A stretch of DNA of 64,000 bases, taken from an uncultured Rivularia sp. (GTDB lineage: Bacteria > Cyanobacteriota > Cyanobacteriia > Cyanobacteriales > Nostocaceae). Each line of letters opens with the position of its first letter. Position 1 is the stretch's first letter. This document shows positions 1-16,071 of this stretch, in pieces. The stretch covers positions 4,128,001 through 4,192,000 of the forward strand of contig OY762007.1 in assembly GCA_963665115.1 (NCBI GenBank), in the 5' to 3' direction. Under the pieces are notes generated by a model. That model saw only the letters and a program-made list of their open reading frames with translations, ran no database searches and was not told the DNA's origin. A program made the translations under genes and the position numbers.

Positions 1-917
1 TATATATGAGCGGCTGCTAATTCTTGTAAAGGATAGGTGCAGTCAATAACCACTCGCAGTTTACCCGCTTCAATCAATTCGTTGAGATAAAGCAAATCGG
101 CAGTGTTGGGTTGAGCAAGAATGAATTTAGCTTTTTGACTTCCGAATAAACTTGTTAGGGCGTTCAACGCGATAGCGTTGCGGGCTATCGCCACAATATT
201 TTGCAGATTCGGCAGGGTTGTAATGTAGATGCCATTGGGTTTAAGGACTTTCTTACAGTTATCAAAAGTCTGCTTACCAACTGCATCAAAAACAATATCG
301 TACTGCACCTGATTTTTAGTAAAGTCATGAGTCGTATAGTCGATGAGAGAATCGGCTCCGAGTGACTTAATAAAGTCTAGGTTTTTACCGCTACAAACTC
401 CGGTGACTTCTGTCGATAAAGCTTTGGCAATTTGAACTGCAAAAATACCTACTCCACCGGAAGCTCCATTAATAAGTACGCTTTGTGAAGGTTGAATGTT
501 GGCTTTGTCTCGTAGCGACTGTAAAGCGGTAAGGGCTGCGACGGGTAAAGCTGCTGCTTCTTCAAAGCTGATATTTTTTGATTTAATCGCAGCGACTTTT
601 TGAGGTACTGCTGCGATTTCGGCATAAGCGCCTCCAGGTACACCAAGTGAGCCATAAATTTCATCTCCCACTTGAAAACCAGTGACTTGAGAACCCACTT
701 CTAGAACAACTCCAGCCAAATCAAATCCCAGAATCATCGGAAATTTATTCCCACTAATGATTTTGAGCATTCCTTTGCGAATCTTCCAATCAATCGGATT
801 CACTGCCGCAGCATGAACTTTCACTAACAACTCGTCGGCTTTGATTGTTGGTGCTTCTACTTCTTCATATCGCAAGACATCAGCACTGCCGTATTCTCGG
901 ATGACTACTGCTTTCAT
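1..917 (-). CDS. NAD(P)-dependent zinc-type alcohol dehydrogenase / quinone oxidoreductase family protein (3' end outside window)
   Basis: Manual translation of the minus strand from ATG at 917: [15 protein letters not shown]...[16 protein letters not shown]...GFDLAGVV...[20 protein letters not shown]; the frame stays open to the window edge. Confidence 0.85.
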   Translation of the reverse strand, partial: MKAVVIREYGSADVLRYEEVEAPTIKADELLVKVHAAAVNPIDWKIRKGMLKIISGNKFPMILGFDLAGVVLEVGSQVTGFQVGDEIYGSLGVPGGAYAEIAAVPQKVAAIKSKNISFEEAAALPVAALTALQSLRDKANIQPSQSVLINGASGGVGIFAVQIAKALSTEVTGVCSGKNLDFIKSLGADSLIDYTTHDFTKNQVQYDIVFDAVGKQTFDNCKKVLKPNGIYITTLPNLQNIVAIARNAIALNALTSLFGSQKAKFILAQPNTADLLYLNELIEAGKLRVVIDCTYPLQELAAAHI

Positions 918-1316
918 AATCCCACACTCCACCCCAAGCTATATTTCCCTAAATTCAGTTTGACATTTTTTATTCCCAGACAGCGATTGCAATAACAAGC
1001 AGACTATGGGAATATAAGAGGAAATCCCAACTAATAGCAAATAATTCTCACTAAGCAGAAAATAATTATTTGCCTCTAGCCATTATTGAATCTACACTTC
1101 AGCCGTTTTTTATTTGTTTATGAAGTAAAAGTTAAGAAAAGAGTATTTGCGTTTTCTGTTCAAAAAAAAGTGATATGTTAGTTACAGAATTGAATAAGAA
1201 AAACAATGTGGGCTAGTTCTTCGCCGTAGCGGCATTCTAATTTTCAGTTTTCAGTTCTTTATATATATAGAAGCGTTTGAAATAGAAATTAAGCGGGTTT
1301 CGAGTACAGTAAAATG

Positions 1317-3410
1317 GGTTATGTCGAAAATGCCGAAAATGGCTGAGACTCTTTCCAAAACTTGTTTTGAGCCGAGTGCAGCAATACTAGTACCTCGTTA
1401 CATAAATACCAGCCCCCCAGTGAAATAATACTAGTACCCCTACCCGGAAAAAAACTTTTAAAACTTCATAAATCTTTTACAGCAAAGCTTTCAGGATTTG
1501 AGTGCAAATTTAATAAAACTAATAAACCCAAGCAGACGGGATTTAAAAGTTCGCGAAAAAGCGCCTGATATAACTTAGACATCGCCAAACACCAAACGAG
1601 TCAAATAAACCTTAGACACGGTTGGTGAGTGGAGGGATGAGATATTACTACCTTTACAAAAACCCTATATATCTCGTAAATTGTTTCATACGAACACTTT
1701 GGTTCAACCAATTGTTCATCCAAAACAATACGAAAATTAGTCAACTTTTAGTCAACTAATGCAAGACATACAGGGCAAGGTTTTTAGTGATTTTGATGTT
1801 CCCGCTACTTCTGATGGCAGTTATTGGGGTAGGAAGAAGATAGTAGACGCTACTAAAGAACATCACAATATGAAATTTGAGCAAGAGCTAATAAAAGTTA
1901 ATCAGAGACTCAAATCTAGTAAAGCGAAAGTATCTATTGAGGCAAGCAAAGGGGGAATACAGCTTAGAGCTACACTGCCCCTTAAACCAGATGACACTCA
2001 TAAGCAAGGCAAAGAAACAAAGCAATACAAGATATCTTTGGGTATCCCAGCAAATTTTGATGGTTTAAAGACTGCTGAAGAAGAAGCCTACGAATTAGGA
2101 AAACTAATAGCTCGTAAAACTTTCGTTTGGAGTGAAAAATATTTAGGGCAGCAAGCTAAAAGAAAAAACAGCATTACTTTTAAAGAGTTTTATGAACAGT
2201 TCGAGAAAATATATTTTCAAACTCGCAAAAGGACAATTAGAAGCGAACACAGTTTTCTGGATTATCAAAGAAAATTTAAAAGATATTTTTACTCTAATGA
2301 TGTTGTAACAGCAGAATCTCTGAATCTAAAAATCAAGCAAACGAACACCTTTAACACTAGACGTATTGCAATTATTATTGCTCATTTTATTTGCAAATCG
2401 CTTGAGATCAAAACTGATTTTTCTGACCTGAAAATTAAAAAAGAAGTAAAAAAGAGAGATATACCAGAAGATAAAACAATAGTTAATGCAATCAACTTGA
2501 TTGATTATTATTTAGAACAGATAAAACCGTGCAACAAAGACAAATCATCAAAAGTTTGCCAGCGCAATAAGCTTATTTTTGGATTATTAGCTGTTTATGG
2601 TTTGCGTCCTAGAGAGATATTTAATCAACCCGATCTAGATTGGTTAATGTCATCAGAAAATCAACATAATACTTTTAAAGTTCATGAATCCAATAAAACC
2701 GGATACAGAGAAGTTTTCCCTTTTGTACCTGAATGGCTCGAATTATTCGATCTGAAAAATCAAGAGAATCTCAATTTACTTAAAAAGTATATTTTAGAAG
2801 AGCAAAGCGCGATTGACTTACATTATAAAGTTAGCAAGCTAGGAGATTTTTTTAAATCATATAAACTTTTATTTACGCCATATGACTTGAGGCACGCTTG
2901 CGCCATAAGAGCGCACTTACAAGGAATTCCGATTAAGGCAGCCGCTGACAATCTAGGACACACAGTTGAGATACATACTAAAGTTTATCAGCAATGGTTC
3001 GGACTTGAAAACAGAAGAAAAGCTTTTGATAATGCTTTTGATGAGTCAAGCAAGCTTGAACAATGCGAAAAACAGCTTGCTGAAGCCAGAAAGAGAATAG
3101 CTGAATTAGAAACCGAAGTCACGCGATTAAGCCTGCAAAATAGTATGATTTATAGCTAAATAACCTAGCGAACTACTATGCCTCTCCTCTGAATGCTTCA
3201 AGCATCAACAAAAGATAGCAAGATATACAAACTATTGCAGATATTGTATATTATTTGACAATCATATCTGCATTGAACATTTTCAATATTGCAGACAGAG
3301 TAAAATAAAGGTGCATTTATGACTCGTAATCAAGCAACAAAGCAACAATAGTAAATAATGGTGCAAAATATTAGTTCTACTCTACCAGGCGATCGCCACA
3401 CAGGTTATGT
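1317..3410. mobile_element. Putative XisA-type excision element in the intergenic region upstream of nifB (boundaries tentative)
   Basis: Contains an XisA-like recombinase. Candidate 8-bp direct repeat GGTTATGT at 1317-1324 and 3403-3410 (2086 bp apart, similar in size to the other minimal elements here). An 8-bp match alone could be chance. Confidence 0.45.
1759..3159 (+). CDS. XisA/XisC-family tyrosine recombinase
   Basis: 466 aa. LQLRATLPLKP and SLGIPANFDGLKTAEEEAYELG N-terminal motifs; catalytic GLRPRE, YDLRHACAIR, LGHT..H..VY; C-terminal coiled coil. Confidence 0.9.
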   Translation: MQDIQGKVFSDFDVPATSDGSYWGRKKIVDATKEHHNMKFEQELIKVNQRLKSSKAKVSIEASKGGIQLRATLPLKPDDTHKQGKETKQYKISLGIPANFDGLKTAEEEAYELGKLIARKTFVWSEKYLGQQAKRKNSITFKEFYEQFEKIYFQTRKRTIRSEHSFLDYQRKFKRYFYSNDVVTAESLNLKIKQTNTFNTRRIAIIIAHFICKSLEIKTDFSDLKIKKEVKKRDIPEDKTIVNAINLIDYYLEQIKPCNKDKSSKVCQRNKLIFGLLAVYGLRPREIFNQPDLDWLMSSENQHNTFKVHESNKTGYREVFPFVPEWLELFDLKNQENLNLLKKYILEEQSAIDLHYKVSKLGDFFKSYKLLFTPYDLRHACAIRAHLQGIPIKAAADNLGHTVEIHTKVYQQWFGLENRRKAFDNAFDESSKLEQCEKQLAEARKRIAELETEVTRLSLQNSMIYS

Positions 3411-3502
3411 AAGGGTAACAGCAATTTTATTCCTCTCGAATTAATTCTCTTTTCCCTCTTCCTCTGCGTACTAGTAGTTCATTTCATTAGTTTTGATGGG
3501 TA

Positions 3503-3869
3503 CGTAGTTGCGCTTCAGCGCCTCATATTCCGGTATCCGGAGGCGCTGAAGCGCAACTACGAACAATTATTAACCCCTCATAACTTATGTGGCGGAGTAC
3601 TAGTAGTCCTTTGCATTAATTCTGAGGGGTACGTTTTCGACCTAACGTCGGGAGACGTAGCACTGCTACGTCTCTACAACCCATTAAAACAAATGAAAAG
3701 GACTACTAGTAAGGTTTTTTTATCCGCTCATAACCTCGCATAACTTATGTGATGGAATACTAGGCGATCGCCACTTCACTCGCTTATTAATTGATATACA
3801 AGAATAATCAAGGTTCGTAGTAAGGGTTTTAACCATTAATTAGAGGACTAAAGTCCTTACTACGAACCT
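3503..3869. repeat. Cluster of short palindromic/MITE-like repeats upstream of nifB
   Basis: Perfect 22-bp inverted repeat 3503-3524/3540-3561, 15-bp inverted repeat 3811-3825/3855-3869, GAGACGTAGC/GCTACGTCTC palindrome, repeated TACTAGTA. Confidence 0.7.
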
Positions 3870-4296
3870 CTATGAGAGTCAATAGTAAATATTTAGTCAA
3901 CTACTTTTGTAAATCAAATTAGCAATTTAGCTGAAATAGATGAGTTACAAAATAAGCTGATTTAGCCAACTTTCAGTCCATTTTATTAAGCCCAAAAGTG
4001 AAAGCGTTGCTATATAAGACTTTTGACTGCTTGGCTTAGTAATGAGATAGCACCATGCCCTGTAAATAGAAGTCGCGGTGGTCAGAGCTTAATAAAGGTA
4101 ATTCCAGTTATCTCAAGCGTTGATACACACCAGCCGAGAAACCGGAATTTACCTCTCGATTAACTCACGCTCCATAAAGATGGCGAGTTTTTCGACTAAA
4201 GCGTAAACTGCCGCTACTTCGATTCCTGGGTAAAAGCAGAAGCGATGGCATCTCCCACTAGGCAATTTGTCCAGTGACCGACGAACGCGAAACTAA

Positions 4297-5757
4297 ATGA
4301 CATCACCGTCTACTCCAACAGGAATCTTCACCCCTTCCGAAAGCGAATCTACAGCTACACCAGCGAAAGCTAAAAAAGGTGGTTGTGGAACTGGCTGCGA
4401 CGATAATAGCAGCCCTAGCATCGAAATAGATGAGAGAACAAAAGAGCGGATTGCAAAGCACCCTTGTTATAGCGAAGAAGCTCATCATCATTATGCAAGA
4501 ATGCACGTTGCCGTTGCTCCTGCCTGCAACATTCAGTGCAACTACTGCAACCGAAAGTATGACTGTGCGAACGAAAGTCGTCCCGGAGTAGTTAGCGAAC
4601 TACTCTCACCAGAAGAAGCAGCACAAAAAGTTCTGGTAGTTGCAGGTAAGATTCCTCAAATGACAGTGTTAGGAATCGCTGGTCCTGGCGACCCCTTAGC
4701 AAACCCGGAAAAGACCTTCAGCACCTTTGAGAAGATTAATAAAGAAGCACCAGACATTAAATTGTGTCTATCAACCAACGGTTTGATGCTACCGGATTAT
4801 GTAGAACGGATTAAGGAATTAAACGTTGACCATGTAACAATTACAATCAACATGGTCGATCCTGAAATCGGAGCCAAAATCTACCCTTGGGTTCACTATA
4901 AGCGCAAGCGTTACAGAGGAATTGAAGGAGCAAGAATTCTGCATGAAAGACAGATGGAAGGCTTAGAACTTCTTCGCGAAGCAGATATTCTATGCAAAAT
5001 TAACTCTGTATTGATTCCAGGAGTTAACGACCATCATCTTCCCGAAGTAAACAAAGCTGTCCGCGAACGAGGCGCATTTATTCACAATATTATGCCCTTG
5101 ATTAGCGCCCCAGAACACGGTACTCACTTTGGATTGAACGGACAAAGAGGTCCTACTTCTAAAGAATTAAAAGAAGTACAAGACAAATGTTCTGGTAACA
5201 TGAAAATGATGCGTCATTGTCGCCAGTGTCGTGCAGACGCAGTAGGATTATTAGGAGAAGACCGCAGCCAAGAATTTAGCAAAGAAAAATTCATGGAAAT
5301 GACTCCAGAATATAATCTGGAGCAGCGTCAAGAAGTTCATCAAGGCATCGAGAAAAATATACAAGAACTCGAAGCAGCCAAAAAAGGACTTGAAACCTTC
5401 GATTTAGAACTTAGCGGCGAAAAAATGTTGCTAGCAGTAGCAACCAAAGGTGGTGGTATAGTTAACCAACACTTTGGACATGCCAAAGAGTTTCAAATAT
5501 ACGAAGTTGATGGTAGAAAAGTTGAATTCATCGGCCATCGCAAAGTTGACCATTTCTGTCAAGATGGATACGGTGAGGAAGCCACTTTAGAAAATATCAT
5601 AAAAACACTTGCTGATTGTCAAGCAGTATTGGTTTCCAAAATTGGGGATTGTCCCAAAGAAGAACTTCAAAAAGCAGGAATAAAAGCTGTTGAAGCTTAC
5701 GACGTAATTGATAAAGTTGCTCTAGAATTTTACAAAGAAGCAATTAATAATCAGTAA
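4297..5757 (+). CDS. nifB: FeMo-cofactor biosynthesis radical SAM protein NifB
   Basis: HPC motif, CNIQCNYC radical SAM motif, [12 protein letters not shown]-terminal NifX-like domain (VNQHFGHA). Confidence 0.98.
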   Translation: MTSPSTPTGIFTPSESESTATPAKAKKGGCGTGCDDNSSPSIEIDERTKERIAKHPCYSEEAHHHYARMHVAVAPACNIQCNYCNRKYDCANESRPGVVSELLSPEEAAQKVLVVAGKIPQMTVLGIAGPGDPLANPEKTFSTFEKINKEAPDIKLCLSTNGLMLPDYVERIKELNVDHVTITINMVDPEIGAKIYPWVHYKRKRYRGIEGARILHERQMEGLELLREADILCKINSVLIPGVNDHHLPEVNKAVRERGAFIHNIMPLISAPEHGTHFGLNGQRGPTSKELKEVQDKCSGNMKMMRHCRQCRADAVGLLGEDRSQEFSKEKFMEMTPEYNLEQRQEVHQGIEKNIQELEAAKKGLETFDLELSGEKMLLAVATKGGGIVNQHFGHAKEFQIYEVDGRKVEFIGHRKVDHFCQDGYGEEATLENIIKTLADCQAVLVSKIGDCPKEELQKAGIKAVEAYDVIDKVALEFYKEAINNQ

Positions 5758-5790
5758 AAGTTAATAGTTTTAGATTTTGGATTTATATTC

Positions 5791-5830
5791 AATCCAAAAT
5801 CTAAAATCCAAAATCCAAAATCCAAAATTC
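5791..5830. repeat. Heptamer short tandem repeat (AATCCAA/AATCTAA, STRR-like)
   Basis: About 5 tandem heptamers between nifB and fdxN; the same family recurs at 41141-41186. Confidence 0.75.
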
Positions 5831-5891
5831 AGAATCATTCATTACCCAGTGCCATTACCTCAATTCAAGAACATAAATAAAGGTAGAAAAA

Positions 5892-6227
5892 ATGGCTTAC
5901 AAAATTACTAACAAATGTATTTCCTGCGATTTGTGTAAAACGATATGTCCCGAGAACGCTATCAAAATAGTTGATCAACGTCCCTGGATTGACCCCGAAC
6001 TTTGTACAAATTGTGTTGATAGTATTTATTCAGTACCCCAATGTAAAGCAGGTTGTCCTACATTTGACGGCTGCGTGGAAATAACATCCGATTATTGGCA
6101 AAACTGGTTTGAAAATTACAAAAATGTAATATCACAAGTCACTAATAAAACAGATTATTGGCAAAACTGGTTCAATATTTATTCGCAAAAATACTCCGAA
6201 CAGTTAGTAGTAGACAGTGAGCAGTGA
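5892..6227 (+). CDS. fdxN: nif-associated ferredoxin FdxN
   Basis: CISCDLCKTICP and CTNC...C...CP 4Fe-4S motifs, cyanobacterial DYWQNWF tail, position between nifB and nifS. Not interrupted by an element here. Confidence 0.92.
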   Translation: MAYKITNKCISCDLCKTICPENAIKIVDQRPWIDPELCTNCVDSIYSVPQCKAGCPTFDGCVEITSDYWQNWFENYKNVISQVTNKTDYWQNWFNIYSQKYSEQLVVDSEQ

Positions 6228-6363
6228 GTGAGGTTAAAGGTTATTCACCTTGTCCCCTTATACCCTTGTCTCCCCATTTCCTTCTCTCCTACTGCCTGGT
6301 TATAAAAAAAACAGTAAAAGAGAAAACCGTTTATTCTGAAGTATTCTTAGAGATATTAAAATT

Positions 6364-7577
6364 ATGCAAAAAAAAGACTGTATTTATTTAGATAATAACG
6401 CTACTACTAAAGTAGATCCGCAAGTTGTAGAGGCAATGTTGCCCTACTTAACCGAAAATTACGGCAATCCTTCCAGTATGCATACCTTTGGAGGAGGAGT
6501 CGGTAAAGCAGTAAAGCAAGCTAGAGAAAATATTGCAGCTTTGCTTGGTGCAGAATCCTCTGAAATTGTCTTTAACAGTGGTGGAACTGAAGGAGATAAC
6601 GCTGCTATTCGGGCTGCACTCCAAGCACAGCCTGACAAAAAACATATTATTACCACCCAGGTAGAACATCCCGCAGTACTTAACCTTTGCAAACAACTGC
6701 AAAAGCAAGGCTACAGAGTTACTTATCTTTCGGTGAATCGTCAGGGGGACAGCTAGATTTACATGAATTGGAAGAAGCACTAACTCACGAAACCGCTTTG
6801 GTAAGCGTTATGTATGCTAATAACGAAACTGGCGTGATATTCCCGGTAGAAGAAGTTGGCAAACTAGCTAAAAAACATGGCGCACTGTTTCATGTTGATG
6901 GAGTCCAGGCTGTAGGGAAAATTCCCCTTAATATGAAAGACAGCACCATTGATATGCTGACGCTCTCAGGCCACAAAATGCATTCACCCAAAGGGATTGG
7001 CGCATTATACGTGCGAAAAGGAGTCAGATTCCGTCCTTTGATAATCGGTGGAGGGCAAGAACGCGGCAGACGTGCGGGAACCGAAAACGTGCCTGCAATC
7101 GTAGCTTTAGGTAAAGCTGCCGAACTCGAACTGCTACATTTAGAAGAAGCAGGAAAAAGACAAAAAAGTTTACGCGATCGCCTAGAACAAGCTATAATAG
7201 AATCAGTTGAAGAATGCGAAATCAATGGTGGCGCAACGCAGAGATTGCCTAACACTACAAATATTGGTTTCAAATATATCGAAGGCGAAGCAATTTTACT
7301 ACTACTCAATCAGCACGGAATCTGTGCATCCAGCGGTTCCGCTTGTAGTTCCGGTTCTTTAGAGCCTTCCCATATTTTACGGTCAATGGGAGTACCCTAT
7401 ACAACTTTGCACGGTTCCATTCGCTTTAGTCTTTCTCGTTACAATACTGAAGCTGATGTTGATGCAGTATTAGCAGTACTACCCGCCATCGTGCGCCGTC
7501 TACGCGAGCTATCACCCTTCAAAAACGATGATGCGGCTTGGCTAAAAGACCAAGAACAAGCTTTAGCTCAACACTAA
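6364..7577 (+). CDS. nifS: Cysteine desulfurase NifS (apparent frameshift in a G run at about 6744-6748)
   Basis: Overlapping ORFs 6364-6756 (YLDNNATT) and 6687-7577 (SGHKMH PLP lysine, SSGSACSS catalytic Cys). They join if two G are removed from CAGGGGGACAG, giving QGQLD. Confidence 0.93.
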
Positions 7578-7695
7578 AAGTTAGGAATTAGGAGTTAAGA
7601 GTGAGGAGTTAAAGAATTTATCCTACTCTTCCCAAAACTCCCACCTCCTCACGAAAAATTATTCATAATTCACTACTCATTACGAAAATAAAGCT

Positions 7696-8595
7696 ATGTG
7701 GGACTACACAGATAAAGTATTAGAATTCTTCTACAACCCAAAAAATCAGGGTACTTTAGAAGATAACGGCGAAAATGGAGTTAAAGTTGCTGTTGGGGAA
7801 GTAGGTAGTATCGCCTGCGGAGACGCACTAAGACTGCATATAAAAGTAGACGAAGATACAAACAAAATCCTTGACGCTCGATTTCAAACATTTGGTTGCA
7901 CAAGTGCGATCGCATCTTCCGAAGCTCTGGTAGAATTAGTAAAGGGCAAGACAATAGATGAAGCCCTCAATATTTCTAACAAAGAGATTGCCGAGTTTTT
8001 AGGCGGATTACCTCAAGAAAAAATGCACTGCTCGGTAATGGGGCAAGAAGCCTTAGAAGCAGCAATTTCTAACTATAAAGGTATTCCAATTGTCGCTCAC
8101 GACGAAGATGACGAAGGAGCTATTATCTGTACCTGCTTCGGTATCACCGAGCCTAAAATTCAACGAATTGTAAAAGAAAATAAGCTTACAACCGCAGAAG
8201 AAGTTACGAACTTTATTAAAGCTGGTGGCGGATGTGGAACTTGTTTGGCAACCATTGATGACATCATCATCGAAAACCAAAGAAGTTCTCACTTTACCGC
8301 TCAGGAAACATCCAGCAACGGTAATACAAACGGCAAGATTAGCGAAAAACCGCTAACACCAGTGCAAAAAATAGCACTTATACAAAAAGTATTAGATGAA
8401 GAAGTAAGACCCATTCTAATCGCCGATGGGGGAGACGTAGAACTTTACGATGTAGAAGGCGATAATGTCAGAGTTATGCTTCAAGGCGCTTGCGGTTCAT
8501 GTTCTAGCAGCTTGGCTACTCTCAAAAATGCCATCGAAGCTAAATTAAAAGAACGTATCAGCAATAGTATTACAGTCGAATCAGTTAGCAGTTAG
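7696..8595 (+). CDS. nifU: Fe-S cluster scaffold NifU
   Basis: IscU-like N-domain (ACGD, FGC, MHCS), central CTCF...GCGTC domain, Nfu C-domain (GACGSC). Confidence 0.97.
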   Translation: MWDYTDKVLEFFYNPKNQGTLEDNGENGVKVAVGEVGSIACGDALRLHIKVDEDTNKILDARFQTFGCTSAIASSEALVELVKGKTIDEALNISNKEIAEFLGGLPQEKMHCSVMGQEALEAAISNYKGIPIVAHDEDDEGAIICTCFGITEPKIQRIVKENKLTTAEEVTNFIKAGGGCGTCLATIDDIIIENQRSSHFTAQETSSNGNTNGKISEKPLTPVQKIALIQKVLDEEVRPILIADGGDVELYDVEGDNVRVMLQGACGSCSSSLATLKNAIEAKLKERISNSITVESVSS

Positions 8596-8797
8596 TGGTT
8601 AGTAGAAATCTATGAATATCAACTAGCAACTAGCAACTATCAACTAACAACCATCAACTAATTATGAATCTACAGCAAATAGTTGTAGAGCGTGCGCCAC
8701 CCGCGACGTTCTATAAGCAAGTCACCCACCTCATAGGAGTGACAACTAGCAACCACTGCACCCACTCGATAAACCAATTAATTGCAGGAGAAAATAA

Positions 8798-11080
<2,283 letters not shown>

Positions 11081-11161
11081 TAAATCTACTTTTTATAATT
11101 TAAAACTTTCAAAAAAAAATATCTAATTTTAACTATAGGATTAATATTTAGGTATTAAAAG

Positions 11162-11192
11162 ACCTGCTTTTATTCACAAAAGCGGGTTTTTT
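11162..11192 (+). terminator. Intrinsic terminator-like hairpin inside nifH element 2, oriented in the nif direction
   Basis: ACCTGCTTTT / AAAAGCGGGT stem (one U-G pair on the + strand) followed by a T run. Confidence 0.5.
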
Positions 11193-11265
11193 AGTTATTG
11201 TTAATCAATCAAAAATATTTATTTATGATTATTCCGAATTTACAATGTCCAATTCCCAAATTCCT

Positions 11266-12711
11266 TTACTTAGTAAATTTTGATAATAATGTTGTGAGTT
11301 GATTTATTTGTGCTTGCTGTTGCTCAATGATTGCTTTCAATTCATCAACTTGAGAATTATTTTGTTGTGTATTTTCTTTGATACAAGATAACTCTGGATT
11401 AATATCGCTAGCAACCATTGATGCATCGCGGTAATGTTTACGACTTACTTCTTCTGAATGCTCGCACCATGCGTTAACAATATGGGTTTCTCGACCTAAA
11501 TCATATATTTGATGAGAAACAAAAGTATGCCGAGTATTATTAACAGGTAAATATTTTGATACTTTTCCTTGCTCTACTAAATCTTTAACTAATCCTATAT
11601 AATGAACGCCTCTAGAGGTTTTCCCATACCATTTTTCGCTCAAAGTTACTTGATGTATAGGTTTACCATTACCTTTAACTGAAAACACGCAATCATTGTC
11701 TTCTCCTTTTTTTAATTTGCTTAATATTTTCCATAATTTACTATCTCTTTTCATGGGAAAGAATCTTATTGTTTCATTCTTAGTAGGCTTGAATATACGT
11801 GATTTACTATCAAAAGATTTTCTGATAATAATTCTTTCCTCATCAAACCTTATATCTTGCCACCATAAAGCTAAAGCCTCACCATTTCTACATCCAGTTA
11901 AAAATTTAAATGCGATTAATGGATAATATTTACAAAGTTTGGGATGAGTTTTAAAAGCTTCCATAATAATTTCAGCTTCTTCCCAACTAAAAGCTTTCTT
12001 TTTATCTAATAATTCATTATCTTCTGTATTTGATTTATCTTGATTTATTTCTTTTATTCTCTTTTTTGCAATTAAAGTCTCTTTTAATCCTAAAAAAGGA
12101 TTTTTACCGATATAAACATCTTTGGCTATAGCGTAACTGTATGCTCTTTCTAAAGCGCTCACAAGAGATTTTACATCATGAGCGTTACGATTTTTAATTA
12201 ACCAATTAAATATTTGATTTGGGTCATATCCTACTTCTTTGATAGCAGAATTTAAATAATTAAGAAATGCACCTTTATAACTATTGATAAAAGTTGTTTT
12301 AGCTAGTCTATGTTCGGAAAATTCACAATACATTTGCCAAATTTCCAAAATTGAAGGATTGGGTTTTACTGTACCTCCACTTTTATCTTCTGAAGCGATT
12401 CTAACTAATCTGATACGTGCCTTCAATCCGTACTCCTCTAAAACCTGTTGATACCTCTGTTCGTTAAATGCACCGCTGGTATCTACAAGCCATCCTAATT
12501 CCAATTCTTGCTGCAACCTCCGAGCAATTTTCATGGCTAATTCTTCATTATCAGAAATGGCTTCTAAATTAATAGACTTCTTAAATTGCTTTCCTGCAAA
12601 ATACTGTTTAGGAAAAACAACTCTAAATCTACCTTTTAAATTTTCAATAGTGACTTGTTTTATATTCTTTTTACTATTATCTGATTCAAGGTACATATTC
12701 TGTATACTCAA
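11266..12711 (-). CDS. Tyrosine recombinase (phage-integrase type with N-terminal arm-binding-like domain) of nifH element 2
   Basis: 481 aa. FLTGCRNGEALALWW, KPTKN, NTRHTF, HSEEVSRKHY. Lacks the XisA-type N-terminal motifs. The true start may be the ATG at 12696. Confidence 0.87.
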   Translation of the reverse strand: MSIQNMYLESDNSKKNIKQVTIENLKGRFRVVFPKQYFAGKQFKKSINLEAISDNEELAMKIARRLQQELELGWLVDTSGAFNEQRYQQVLEEYGLKARIRLVRIASEDKSGGTVKPNPSILEIWQMYCEFSEHRLAKTTFINSYKGAFLNYLNSAIKEVGYDPNQIFNWLIKNRNAHDVKSLVSALERAYSYAIAKDVYIGKNPFLGLKETLIAKKRIKEINQDKSNTEDNELLDKKKAFSWEEAEIIMEAFKTHPKLCKYYPLIAFKFLTGCRNGEALALWWQDIRFDEERIIIRKSFDSKSRIFKPTKNETIRFFPMKRDSKLWKILSKLKKGEDNDCVFSVKGNGKPIHQVTLSEKWYGKTSRGVHYIGLVKDLVEQGKVSKYLPVNNTRHTFVSHQIYDLGRETHIVNAWCEHSEEVSRKHYRDASMVASDINPELSCIKENTQQNNSQVDELKAIIEQQQAQINQLTTLLSKFTK

Positions 12712-12758
12712 AACAATTTTAAGTATTGCAAAAGTTGAATTTAAACTAATTGCAATAA

Positions 12759-14595
<1,837 letters not shown>

Positions 14596-14862
14596 TTCTG
14601 GGTTGTTCATAATCTTTTTTAATGTTTCATCATCAAGGTGTTTGAAGCGTTTGAACAGCATCAATTGTTCTAGTAGTTCTTCGGCTAGGGTTTTCATCTG
14701 CTTATTTACTATATTTACAGTAAAAAATGAAGGAATAAATTGATAAAGACTAAGATAAAACTTAATTTTTTGTTGCGCTGTACTCTATAAACCAAACTAA
14801 GCATTTTCATGATTAAAGAGAAGCGCATCAGAGAATAAACACTGAAGGAGCAATGAAATTAC

Positions 14863-15280
14863 TTAAAACGTAGACTCTATAAGCTTCATAGCCCTTATAC
14901 CTTTTTGATAATACTTTTGCTTGTTGCGATTTAATCTGATTAATCTGATTACTAATTCTATGCAATCATCCTTGAAAATAACCCAATTTTGACCGTATAA
15001 ACCAACATAAAAACTGCTATGTCTTCGCTCCAAACGAGGATATTATTTGACACGACCTACATATTTTTGTACTCCTTTATGTTTAATTTTTTGACCTTGA
15101 ATAGTTGCGCTAGTGTAAGCAATTGCTATTAACAACACTAAACAAATAAAGCGTTTATCTTTAACATTTGTCTCTTCCAAATTATAGCCGCCTGTTTTAA
15201 ATTATCTAAATATTTCCTCTATATCAAATCGTTTTTTACAAGCCAAAATTGCGGATTATAAACTATCAAAATTTGAACTG
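14863..15280 (-). pseudogene. IS4-family-like transposase C-terminal remnant
   Basis: Minus-strand translation KKRFDIEEIFR*FKTGGYNLEETNV...RRHSSFYVGLYGQNW...KYYQKGIRAMKLI, with internal stops. Confidence 0.65.
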
Positions 15281-15551
15281 GGAGAACAAGGAATCGGTGG
15301 AAACCGCGAAATCAAAGGAGGTCAGATATTTGCTCCCTTTGCGATCGCCGACGGAACTCTTGAAGAAGTATTAGACGATAATCCCGACAACGACCCCCCA
15401 AGTCTACTTTGCTCATATTAGTGCAAATACTGATGGAGTAGACCACATTCGTAACTTAGGTGGTAACACCTGGGGTGTCGAAGAGATGCTCGGTGGTGGT
15501 GATATGGACTTCAACGATATTGTCTTTAAATTAGACGTAACTGTGAGATAA
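15281..15551 (+). pseudogene. Orphan C-terminal DUF4114-like fragment
   Basis: APFAIADG...VYFAHISANTDGVDHIRNLGGNTWGVEEMLGGGDMDFNDIVF resembles the C-terminus of the 1922-aa protein. No N-terminus; abuts the IS remnant. Confidence 0.6.
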
Positions 15552-16071
15552 ATGCAGTCTTCGTCGATTTAACTTAAAAGGTTTGAGTCTCCTCTCCCGC
15601 TAAAGCTTAAAACTTTAGTGGGAGTTTCTTCATTACTTGGTATTTTAAAATACATTTAATCAATAAAGTTTTATTTTCATATTTCCTCAATATTTTTCTA
15701 TGAATAAAAATAAAAATTATATTTTTGTTAAAAATAAACAACCGAAACAACGAATTACAAATGATGCTCAAAATATTCGTCAACCAAAACATAGTGATTC
15801 TATTGAAAGTACTCTAGAAATTCTCAGACTATTAGAACGGAATGATAATCTCTCTAAATGTAAAACGGTGTCTTCTTGAATAGTTCGTTTTCCCTGAAAC
15901 AATGTAGAGACGTAGCAATGCTACGTCTCTTTTATTTGCTGCTATAAGTAAACCGCTATTGTCAACTTTAAAGAAACCCAGTTTCTTTTTATAAAAACAC
16001 GATTATCTCGTTTGGTCATTTGCAAGAAACCGGGTTTATTAGTGCTTGTTGATAATGGTGCAAGATTTGTG

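Noticed and set aside
1383..1438. AATACTAGTACC direct repeat as the att site of the nifB-upstream element
   Set aside because: Both copies lie on the same side of the recombinase, 44 bp apart; at most accessory binding sites.
6740..6752. nifS as a pseudogene or programmed frameshift (also frameshifts near 10020, 25275, 28305, 32760, 43870, 45667)
   Set aside because: All occur in short homopolymer runs in otherwise intact genes, which fits long-read indel errors better than biology. Raw reads are needed to confirm.
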